Virus record (IMG/VR): IMGVR_UViG_3300042861_000978
Location: 1 to 62,520 of that record
Direction: 5' to 3' (one strand)
Origin: a virus
Taxonomy: Duplodnaviria; Caudoviricetes
Length of the DNA stretch: 62,520 nt
In this document: positions 1 through 8,233 of the stretch, one piece after another
Layout of the letters: each line of letters starts with the position of its first letter
Numbering within the stretch: position 1 is the first letter of the stretch
Translations under genes and position numbers: made by a program
The notes under the pieces: model-generated
Database searches by the model: none
The model's input: the letters and a program-made list of their open reading frames with translations, nothing else
What the model was told of the DNA's origin: nothing

Positions 1-72
1 CATAGAGGTAGTTATACAGTTAATTCTTGTACTACCATCTAAAGCAATCTTTCCTTGAAATACTGTATTCAT
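1..72 (-). CDS. Hypothetical protein, 5' part only (MNTVFQGKIALDGSTRINCITTSM..., runs off window)
   Basis: Translated by hand; ATG at 72 lies 2 nt after the upstream TAA at 75-77 and the frame stays open to the window edge. Confidence 0.55.
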   Translation of the reverse strand, partial: MNTVFQGKIALDGSTRINCITTSM

Positions 73-74
73 TA

Positions 75-221
75 TTAGTATGTATTCAATGTTATTGTTA
101 ATATTCCTAAATAAACATTATAAGTAGTGTAATCATACTTTTCATCGGGATCTATAATATCCCAGCCAATAGTAAACCTATCATGTGGCCAATGAAACAT
201 TATTTCTAATTCCCATTCCAT
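75..221 (-). CDS. Small hypothetical protein, 48 aa (MEWELEIMFHWPHDRFTIGW...LTITLNTY)
   Basis: Not in the ORF track (under 60 aa); ATG overlaps the upstream stop (TAATG coupling). Confidence 0.65.
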   Translation of the reverse strand: MEWELEIMFHWPHDRFTIGWDIIDPDEKYDYTTYNVYLGILTITLNTY

Positions 222-361
222 TATACTCTTCCTTGTGCTCTATAAGCTTTTTTATAATTCTTACTAGTTTTTAAACTAGAGGTTTGAGATTTTGCATGTA
301 TACCTGGTCTACTAATATTTGGTGATACTTTTTTCTCTACTGTGTTGGTTAATTTTGCCAT
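221..361 (-). CDS. Small basic protein, 46 aa (MAKLTNTVEKK...SKNYKKAYRAQGRV), possibly nucleic-acid binding
   Basis: Translated by hand; fills the gap between flanking genes exactly; Lys/Arg-rich. Confidence 0.7.
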   Translation of the reverse strand: MAKLTNTVEKKVSPNISRPGIHAKSQTSSLKTSKNYKKAYRAQGRV

Positions 362-367
362 TTGTAT

Positions 368-820
368 TTAAAATAAACGTATTAATGTATAATGAAAACT
401 AATTCCTGCAGAAGGTTGTCTGTTTATAGCATCATATCCTCCATATAAACCAAGTCCAAATCTTTTTTTGTTTTTAGATTCTAACTTAGCTAGTTTAACT
501 TCTTGCTCTTCTTGCTTCTTTAAAGAGCCTAATAATCCAGCTTGTAAATCTAAATTATGATTAACAAAAGCACTAGATTCTTCTCCTAAAGCAACAGCTA
601 AATCTTGTATTTGTTTATACTTGTTTTCAAACTCTCTCATCTCTGCATTATATCTATCTTGGCAGTCTTTAACTTGCTTTGTAAGTTCTTTATGCTGGAT
701 AGCTATTCCATACAAAGCTTTAACCCTTTCTGGAGAATTTAAATCTTTAGTTTGGCTGTACAGTGTCAAGCATTCTACGCATAACATCATAACTAGTATC
801 CCTAACTTTAATAGTTTCAT
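368..820 (-). CDS. Putative outer-membrane spanin component (signal peptide, coiled coil, C-terminal amphipathic beta-hairpin)
   Basis: N-terminal signal peptide ending LYS-Q, long heptad region, C-terminus RFGLGLYGGY...GISFHYTLIRLF; overlaps the upstream TM/coiled-coil gene by 74 nt, downstream of the lysozyme. Confidence 0.55.
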   Translation of the reverse strand: MKLLKLGILVMMLCVECLTLYSQTKDLNSPERVKALYGIAIQHKELTKQVKDCQDRYNAEMREFENKYKQIQDLAVALGEESSAFVNHNLDLQAGLLGSLKKQEEQEVKLAKLESKNKKRFGLGLYGGYDAINRQPSAGISFHYTLIRLF

Positions 821-1115
821 ATTTAATTCTTTTAGGTTTGAATTTTGTTAATCTTTTTATTTCTTTAACTTTCTCTTGTGTAGAGCTATCGTGAGCTTTA
901 ACATGATCAACTAATGCTTCTTTGTTTTGTTCAACTTCTATTTTGGTATCAATTAATTCATTCTTTGTTCTCTCTATTTTAACAGCTCTTCTAGCTTTAG
1001 AAAAACTATTAATAGACATAACAATAACAATTATAATAATCAAAACAATTAGTCCTATTAAAATATAGTCTTTTATTTTATTTGGAATTACATTAAGTTT
1101 CTGTAATATATTCAT
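747..1115 (-). CDS. Putative inner-membrane spanin (Rz-like)
   Basis: One N-terminal TM helix (YILIGLIVLIIIIVIVMSI) then a coiled coil; immediately after the endolysin. Confidence 0.6.
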   Translation of the reverse strand: MNILQKLNVIPNKIKDYILIGLIVLIIIIVIVMSINSFSKARRAVKIERTKNELIDTKIEVEQNKEALVDHVKAHDSSTQEKVKEIKRLTKFKPKRIKYETIKVRDTSYDVMRRMLDTVQPN

Positions 1116-1117
1116 AA

Positions 1118-1588
1118 TTATTTGAAGTATAAGTTAGCTTCTCTTTGTCTTCTCTTAGTTAATCCATTATTAACCCTACCATTAACTTTGTTCCATTTAG
1201 CAAACTCTCTAGCGATAGTTGGATCATTTGGGTTAGCATTTACTTTACGCAACAATGTGCTATCTCCTAAACCTTCAGGAATATTATCCACATCAATATC
1301 TGAACCAACATTGTATGCAAAAGATACAAGGGCATTAAATTGATTTTGATTAATAGTAGATGTAACAAGTCTATCTACATCTTTAGCAAACATGTTAACT
1401 GTTTGTTTTAACATCCAATAAGCTGTTGCTTGTGTAATTGGTTTGTCCTTCATAGTAACTTTTGCTCCACTAGGATAGAATGTATTACCATATCCTATAG
1501 TTGGTACACCTGCAGGACAGAGGTAAGGAGATAATCTTAATCCCTCATCCTTTGCTATCATTTGGTATAATTCTTCATTCGGACTCAT
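1118..1588 (-). CDS. Endolysin, GH24 (T4/P21-type) lysozyme
   Basis: E-x8-C-x5-T triad in DEGLRLSPYLCPAGVPTIGYG; QNQFNALVSFAYNVG and GLTKRRQREA motifs; no SAR segment. Confidence 0.93.
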   Translation of the reverse strand: MSPNEELYQMIAKDEGLRLSPYLCPAGVPTIGYGNTFYPSGAKVTMKDKPITQATAYWMLKQTVNMFAKDVDRLVTSTINQNQFNALVSFAYNVGSDIDVDNIPEGLGDSTLLRKVNANPNDPTIAREFAKWNKVNGRVNNGLTKRRQREANLYFK

Positions 1589-2091
1589 TTTACTGCTTTT
1601 TTATGTTTATCAAAATCATCTTTTAATTTAGAATATAAGCCTTTTAATTCTTCGTGATCTTTTGCTAGAGCGTTATATTTATCTGTGAGTTCTCTATGTA
1701 GTTTTTCCCAGTTTTGAGATTGTTCAACTTCCTTAGCATATGCTAATTGAATAACATTAAATTGGTTTTGCATTTCTCCTAGTTGAGATCTAAGAGTGTC
1801 TATTTGACTTCTGAAGTATTCTTTTTCAGCTTTAAATTCAGCAACTATTGCCTCTTTATCACTCTTAAGACCCTCATTTTCTTGCGCTAATTTCGTATTT
1901 AAATTATCATATAATTCTCTAACTTTAGCAGCGTAGTCAACTTCTGCTGATTCTATTTCAACATCACCTTTTTTTAATTCTTGTGCTTTAGCTTGCTTGC
2001 CCCCTAAAAACCAACCAACTATTCCACTTATAGATGCACCAACTGTTGACAAAAGCATCCAGTTTGTATTAAGCCAATCTGACAAAGACAT
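1585..2091 (-). CDS. Putative holin/antiholin-like membrane protein with coiled-coil tail
   Basis: N-terminal TM (WMLLSTVGASISGIVGWFLGG) plus long coiled coil; 4-nt overlap with the lysozyme start. Confidence 0.55.
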   Translation of the reverse strand: MSLSDWLNTNWMLLSTVGASISGIVGWFLGGKQAKAQELKKGDVEIESAEVDYAAKVRELYDNLNTKLAQENEGLKSDKEAIVAEFKAEKEYFRSQIDTLRSQLGEMQNQFNVIQLAYAKEVEQSQNWEKLHRELTDKYNALAKDHEELKGLYSKLKDDFDKHKKAVK

Positions 2092-2123
2092 ATTTTTAAA
2101 ATTTTTATATTAATACTAAGCTA

Positions 2124-2154
2124 CAAATCTAAATAATTAATGTGGATTTATAAA
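2124..2154 (-). promoter_or_regulatory. Bacteroidota sigma-A-type promoter for the lysis cassette
   Basis: Minus strand TAGATTTG (2124-2131) matches the -7 consensus TAnnTTTG; TTTA 19 nt upstream is a -33 variant. Confidence 0.55.
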
Positions 2155-2209
2155 ACTATGATGAAAACATGGAAAGGATAATATAGCATAATATTATTTT
2201 ATTTTTCTA

Positions 2210-5200
2210 TTATTGTCTTCTAGACTCTGCTGTAACTCTAACACCCATTTCTTTTGCATATTCTGCATCAATATAAGGAAGAGCTTCGTTTAATGCTTGA
2301 GATGCTACAGGAAATAAATTAATAAAATATTTCATTGGATAAGCTTTATCTGCTTCTTTTTCATCCCCTATTGCTGTATAATATACTTCTTTTCTTAAAG
2401 CATTAAGTAAACTTCCAATTTTTGAAAAAAGACCTAAAGAAGGAATAATGGAACCTCTTGTCATTTCATCTGCAGATGCTGGGTTTACATAAAACAAAAG
2501 CTCATCAGAAATTTTATTTATCATTTTAGCAACATACTTATATCTATTCTTAGTAAGAATATCTTCATCATCATCAGGTGCAGCTAACTTTGCAGCAACC
2601 AGTAATGAAAGAATACCTACTATAAGCTTAAGTTCTTTAAACATGTTTTTAACTTGAGTTCTAATTAAGTCTTGAAACTCTTCTTCAGTTATGTTTAATT
2701 CTTTTCCTGTTTGTAAATAGTATTGTTGTTTTTTTGCTTCTAGCATTTCATTTATTATAGCAAGACCTTTATCTGTACCAAGAGTAATATCTCTAAGATC
2801 TGTTATATTTCTTAACCCTATTTCGCTTAATGTTGAAAAGAAAGCTCTATATCTACCATACTCCCACTCATCTGTTGCAGTATTTTTTGTAATATTTTTG
2901 TATCTAACAGAAAGAAGTTTGGGAATCCATCCTTTAAACATCATGAATGAATTAAAAATAGTATCTCTTCTATATCCCATCTTATCATCATTACTCATTT
3001 GTCCTGTTAGGTTTCTAGAAAAATCAATAATACCCATTCTAAATTTAGCAAGTTCTTCATCACTAACTCCTTCTATAACTAGTTCATCATTTTCAATTTT
3101 TGATAATTTTTTTAATGAAGTGTTTCCTTCTTTAAGAGATTTAACTCTTTCTTCAAAAGAGTTTTCTAGGGCCTTTCTTTGCTCAAATGTCATTCCTTTT
3201 CTAGCCTGTCTATCCAAAGCTCTTAAATGTTGTCTAATGTTTATAATTTTTCCATTAATAACAATTGCATTATCAATCATTGTTAAAGCATTAGCTAACT
3301 CTAATTTTCTTTCACCAAAAGAGTTTGTAGACATCATTACATCAGAAAAAGTCCATGTTGCTAAATAGCTTGCATATGATTTTTTCTCTGCTATCATTCT
3401 TTGTTTTATCTCTACAACACTTTCTCCTGTAAGAGGTGAAATAGTATCTAATAAAGCTTTTTCAATAAGAGAAAGTTTTCCTATTGGAAGAGTAACTTTT
3501 ACATTATTTTTTTCAAATTCTCCTGGAAGATAAAATCCTGCTGAATTAATATACATTTGCATTTGGGCTCCAAACCAGTTAGCTACCCCAATTAATGGTT
3601 TAAGACCAAGAGCAAGATTTCTAATATAAGTATCACCTGTTCTTAGTAGTTTTTTTGTAGATATAGTTCTATCTTCTACCTTATCTTTATTTTTTGACAA
3701 TTTAGAGACAGTGGAAGTCATTAATATATTTCCCATTGAATTTAAATTCTCTGTAATTCCGTATAAGTAATCATCTAGTATTGCTTCTAAAAGATTTGCA
3801 TTCTCATTTTCTGCACGTTCTTTAGGGGTTTGTCCTTCAAATACTACCTCTCCCTTAGTATCTGTAATTAATGATCCTTTAGATTGCTCGACCGAATGCA
3901 TTACTAATAATGGAAACTCTAAATCTTTTGTAGATTCATATTCCATTAAAGACTTAATCCACATAAGCCCAACTTTGTTTAAGTCTGTAGAAAGTTGCGC
4001 TACATCTTTATTAGTTCTTGTAAAATACTTAGGAATAACTCTTTTTAACTCTCCTGTTTCTTCATCAACCTTTGCATATAATTGTTCTTCATTAGGATTT
4101 ATACTATACATATCTTTAAAGAAATCTTTTGTTTCTTTTAGTATATCTCCTGATTGAGACATTTTTTGAAGAGTAGTGGCTTCTATTAATGGAAAAAAAG
4201 AAAGTCCTTGTTTATCTAAATATCCCATCTTTCTAGCTTTCTCGTTTAGTTCTGTAAAAAAGTTCCAAACTTTTAAAGCATTTTCACTTTTAGACATTTC
4301 TAAAAACTCTTTAGACAAATGACCTTCTTCAATCATAGCTTGTCTGTAGTAATATTGAAATGTATAATTTTCAAAACCATCAAAAGTGTTTGATGTAATA
4401 TCTATAGAGTTAATAAATCTATTCTTTCTTCTTTCTTTTATTTCCTCATTTTCTGTTTCATCTGAAGAAAATTGTGTTCTTTCTAATTCATCTAGTGTTC
4501 TTTCTATTACTGGATCTGTTAATCTTTTATATTCTTCAACATCTAAATTATCTAATAAAAATTGTTTGTTTCCTTTTTCTTTAGCTGTTTTTATATCTTC
4601 TAAAAATTTAGAGTCTAATTTTTTGATTAGTCTAGGACCTCTTTCAGTTAGAGTACCAATCATTTCAAAAGCTGTTTTACCTTTAGCTCTTGCTTCTTCT
4701 TCTAGAGGAATTAATATTTTTGAATAGTTATTTGCAACTTTACTAAAATTAACATTAATTAAATTCTTAGCTTTTAAATAAACTTTAGCAGCCAACTGTA
4801 TAATTAGTGGGGAAAGTTTTGAACTCTCTAAGAAGTTTTTGTCTAAGCTAGATACTAATTTTTCAGCTTTTAAAATGTCTCCTACATTTTCTTCTTCAAC
4901 AATTCCTTCTTTTAGTCCTTTTTGGAGAACATATTCTTGTTTAATAGATAGTATTTCTTTTAGTTTTCTTTTTATTCCTGCAGAAAGTCTATCAAAATTA
5001 TTTAATAACTTTAACTCTTCAACTGACATGTTTTCTCTAGGAATGTGTGATGTATATACATCACTTAATTGTGTAAACTTTTCAGCACTTCTTTGGTATT
5101 CTATTAGTTTTTCAAGCTTTGTGTTTAATTCATCTTTAGATAGGGTGTTAAAGTCTATACCATCAAATTCTTGAATGGTTAATTCCATATCATTTAAGAA

Positions 5201-8200
5201 TGTTTTAGCAACATCATATACAGGAAAGAAGTTTAGTTTTAAATGTAAGTTTCTAATAGCTAAACTTAATTGTTCTAGTTTTAAATTTTTAGAAAATTTA
5301 TCTTCTGGCTTAGCAGTAGATTTATATATTTTTTCATACAATTTTCTAAGACTAGAGATAAATGTATCAACAGATTCATTACCTGTAGATTCAAAATCGA
5401 CAGGAACAGGAAGTAAATAAACGTTTGTTTCTTTTAATGAATCTATTTTTCCTACTTCTACAGATCTTGCAACAAGTCCTGAAGTTTTATTATTTTTAAT
5501 TGCGTAGCTATAGTTTGTTACAAAAGGAATCATTCTTGCTTTTCTTAATTGATTTCTTTCAATTCCTAAGTTGTAAGCAATTTTTGTATACTCTCCCATT
5601 TGTTCTTTCCACTCATCTTGTTTATACCAAGGAATGTCTGTATTAGATTCTGTATTAAAACTTGTAAATTTCCAGTCTAATATATCCACTTTAACATCTG
5701 GTTCTCCTTTACTATTTTTAACAGGTTCAAAAGCTATAAAGTCAACTGTAGATCCAATACCTCCTTTAACTTTTAAATTAGCTACTTGTGTTTCAATTAA
5801 AAATCTTGTACCATCTTCATATGATTCTATAAGTTCTTTTGCAAAAATAATAATAGATTTTTTTACATCATCATTTAATGGTGTAGCTATTTCATCTTCT
5901 TTAGGAGTCAATAAAGCATACCCATTTTTATCAATAAGATTTGTAGATATATAATTTTCTAGAAATTTATGCCCTTCAGATCCCCATGCTCTTTTTTGAT
6001 CATCTAATAACTTTTCTTCATCTGTTCTTTTAAGATCTTTCTTTTTCTTTAATGTTGTAACTGTAAATTCTAAAGGTTTATCATCATATGTGTAATGTCT
6101 TTTCTCATTCTCTGTAGCATCAAGAAGATTCATTCTAGAATCCATATCTTTAAACTTTTCAAATGCTTCATTTACTTTTTGATTTTCTTCTAATTGAAAG
6201 AATACACCCTCTCCTTTAAACTCTGCAGGTGCAGTTTCCATAAAAGTTTTAAATGCTTCTACATCTTCTATAGAGCCTTTTTCTGTTTGTGGATTAGTAT
6301 CAAGGTATGCAGAGTATTGTTCTGCTGTTCCTATATCAGCTAATTCAGGATTATTATTAAAGAGTTCTTTTACACCTGGTTTAACTTTATTGTAATATCT
6401 AGCTCCTAGGTTTCCTTCAGAAATTTGTTGAGCTGTTTGTTCAAACAAATCAATATCAGATCTTCCATATAAAGATCTAATAGAAGAAAGAATAACATCC
6501 CACATTTGTTGAACTAAGTTTCTACTTTCTTTCTCTAATAGCTCAGGAAACTCTGTAGTGCCCTCAGACATATTAATAATCATTTCTGCTATTAATTTAT
6601 CTACAGCTTCTTTTTTTATCTTACGAATGTTTGGTTTACCATTTGGTAATTGATATGCTTTATTATTTTTGTATTTATTTAATACAATGTTGTATATTTT
6701 ATATTGAGAGATTTTACTAATAAGGTTTGTAACTAGTTGTGGATTTACTTGCTCTATAATAGCTGTAGCAATATGCACCATCTCTTCTGTAAGAGCTACA
6801 TCTTCTTTTCCTTCAGCAATAGCAATTATTCCTTGTACAAGATCTGCAAGTGCTGTAGCATCTTTTGCATTTACATCAGGGTTTCCTTTTAAATAATCTT
6901 GTAGAGCAACAATGTTAACACCCATTTGCTCAATCACCTTCTTAACTTTCTCTATTGTTTCTTTAGAAGCTTTAGATGCAGGAACACCTTCTAATTGATT
7001 GTATATATTATTTGTTTTTTCTGAAAATTGTCCTTCATTATATAATGATTTTATTTGATTAGGTTCAAACACACCATAATTGTTAGCAAGTTCAGGATCT
7101 TTTATATTTTCAAATATTACTCCATCTTTACCATCTTCTTTAGCTTTTAAAGTAAGTTTAGATGCTTCATTTGCTGCCCCTTTTCCATCCACCTGCATAA
7201 CAAATGGTTGTTCTTCAAAATCTTTTTTAACAACATTTTTAGCATTTAAAAAAACAGGCATTATTTCAGCAGTAAAACCCCCCTTTTTTAAATCGTCTGC
7301 TATTTTTTCTTCACCTTGTTTGACTGTTTTTAAAAAAGCAGCCATCAAATTATCAAACTCATTAGAAGATAAGTCAGTAATTTTTTTTCTTTGTAGATTT
7401 GATATTTCTGGAAATGCTTCTTCATTAAAAACAATAAGTCCATCATCATAAACAGCTAAATTTTTATTATTTTTATCTGTTGTTCTTAATGTTTTATCAT
7501 CATATATACTTTTTACATCATATTTTCCTTGTAGTATATTTTCTTTGTTTTTAATTAATCTAGAAACATGTTCTTTTACATTTCTATAATAACGTCTAGG
7601 ATTACTTATAGCTCCTCCTTTACTATACTCTCTACTTAAATTAGAATACTTTATAGAAAGTTCTGTTACTTTTTCCATAATTTGTTGTTGGTTTAAACCT
7701 TTAGATTTTAAACCATCTATATAATTAGCAAATTTTGGAGATTCTTTTCTTAAATCATTATATAGTTTTTGTTTTCGTTCTGTACTAATAAAACTAGATC
7801 TTAAATCAACAAGAGAACTAGATATAAATTCTAGTTCTTGTTGTCTAGCCATTATAGCATAATTAAAAGAAACATTTTCGTTATTAGAAAAGAAAAAAGC
7901 ATTCTCAGAATCATACTCTCCTGTAGTAGATCTACCAGTAGTTTCTCCTCTTAGAGCTTTATCAAACTCATTAAATTTATTACCAGTACCATGATATACT
8001 AATAAAGGTTCCCCATTAGAATCTACCACTTTAGACCCTTCTCCTTTTTCCCAATCACCAAACCATGCTTTAAAAGAAGGTGTGTAAACCTGTGCCCAAG
8101 CTTTTAACGCTTCTTCTTTATCTGTTATAATATTTAAGATATTATTAAAAAGTATAGACTCCTTACTATTAGGAGCCAATACTTTTTCTATCTCATTAGT

Positions 8201-8230
8201 TTCTTTGTTTCTAAATATACTACAGGCCAT
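2210..8230 (-). CDS. Giant polyvalent virion/ejection protein, 2006 aa: ART-PolyVal-like domain, zincin-like segment, PD-(D/E)XK nuclease-like domain, helical C-terminus
   Basis: FKAWFGDW..KVVDSNGEPLLVYHGT..FFFS..PVFLN..DGVIF..VFEPNQIKS; LTEEMVH; WGSEGHKFLE..ETQV..TVDFI..ILDWK..QMGEY; directly after the virion RNAP as in crAss-like phages. Confidence 0.75.
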   Translation of the reverse strand: MACSIFRNKETNEIEKVLAPNSKESILFNNILNIITDKEEALKAWAQVYTPSFKAWFGDWEKGEGSKVVDSNGEPLLVYHGTGNKFNEFDKALRGETTGRSTTGEYDSENAFFFSNNENVSFNYAIMARQQELEFISSSLVDLRSSFISTERKQKLYNDLRKESPKFANYIDGLKSKGLNQQQIMEKVTELSIKYSNLSREYSKGGAISNPRRYYRNVKEHVSRLIKNKENILQGKYDVKSIYDDKTLRTTDKNNKNLAVYDDGLIVFNEEAFPEISNLQRKKITDLSSNEFDNLMAAFLKTVKQGEEKIADDLKKGGFTAEIMPVFLNAKNVVKKDFEEQPFVMQVDGKGAANEASKLTLKAKEDGKDGVIFENIKDPELANNYGVFEPNQIKSLYNEGQFSEKTNNIYNQLEGVPASKASKETIEKVKKVIEQMGVNIVALQDYLKGNPDVNAKDATALADLVQGIIAIAEGKEDVALTEEMVHIATAIIEQVNPQLVTNLISKISQYKIYNIVLNKYKNNKAYQLPNGKPNIRKIKKEAVDKLIAEMIINMSEGTTEFPELLEKESRNLVQQMWDVILSSIRSLYGRSDIDLFEQTAQQISEGNLGARYYNKVKPGVKELFNNNPELADIGTAEQYSAYLDTNPQTEKGSIEDVEAFKTFMETAPAEFKGEGVFFQLEENQKVNEAFEKFKDMDSRMNLLDATENEKRHYTYDDKPLEFTVTTLKKKKDLKRTDEEKLLDDQKRAWGSEGHKFLENYISTNLIDKNGYALLTPKEDEIATPLNDDVKKSIIIFAKELIESYEDGTRFLIETQVANLKVKGGIGSTVDFIAFEPVKNSKGEPDVKVDILDWKFTSFNTESNTDIPWYKQDEWKEQMGEYTKIAYNLGIERNQLRKARMIPFVTNYSYAIKNNKTSGLVARSVEVGKIDSLKETNVYLLPVPVDFESTGNESVDTFISSLRKLYEKIYKSTAKPEDKFSKNLKLEQLSLAIRNLHLKLNFFPVYDVAKTFLNDMELTIQEFDGIDFNTLSKDELNTKLEKLIEYQRSAEKFTQLSDVYTSHIPRENMSVEELKLLNNFDRLSAGIKRKLKEILSIKQEYVLQKGLKEGIVEEENVGDILKAEKLVSSLDKNFLESSKLSPLIIQLAAKVYLKAKNLINVNFSKVANNYSKILIPLEEEARAKGKTAFEMIGTLTERGPRLIKKLDSKFLEDIKTAKEKGNKQFLLDNLDVEEYKRLTDPVIERTLDELERTQFSSDETENEEIKERRKNRFINSIDITSNTFDGFENYTFQYYYRQAMIEEGHLSKEFLEMSKSENALKVWNFFTELNEKARKMGYLDKQGLSFFPLIEATTLQKMSQSGDILKETKDFFKDMYSINPNEEQLYAKVDEETGELKRVIPKYFTRTNKDVAQLSTDLNKVGLMWIKSLMEYESTKDLEFPLLVMHSVEQSKGSLITDTKGEVVFEGQTPKERAENENANLLEAILDDYLYGITENLNSMGNILMTSTVSKLSKNKDKVEDRTISTKKLLRTGDTYIRNLALGLKPLIGVANWFGAQMQMYINSAGFYLPGEFEKNNVKVTLPIGKLSLIEKALLDTISPLTGESVVEIKQRMIAEKKSYASYLATWTFSDVMMSTNSFGERKLELANALTMIDNAIVINGKIINIRQHLRALDRQARKGMTFEQRKALENSFEERVKSLKEGNTSLKKLSKIENDELVIEGVSDEELAKFRMGIIDFSRNLTGQMSNDDKMGYRRDTIFNSFMMFKGWIPKLLSVRYKNITKNTATDEWEYGRYRAFFSTLSEIGLRNITDLRDITLGTDKGLAIINEMLEAKKQQYYLQTGKELNITEEEFQDLIRTQVKNMFKELKLIVGILSLLVAAKLAAPDDDEDILTKNRYKYVAKMINKISDELLFYVNPASADEMTRGSIIPSLGLFSKIGSLLNALRKEVYYTAIGDEKEADKAYPMKYFINLFPVASQALNEALPYIDAEYAKEMGVRVTAESRRQ

Positions 8231-8233
8231 AAT

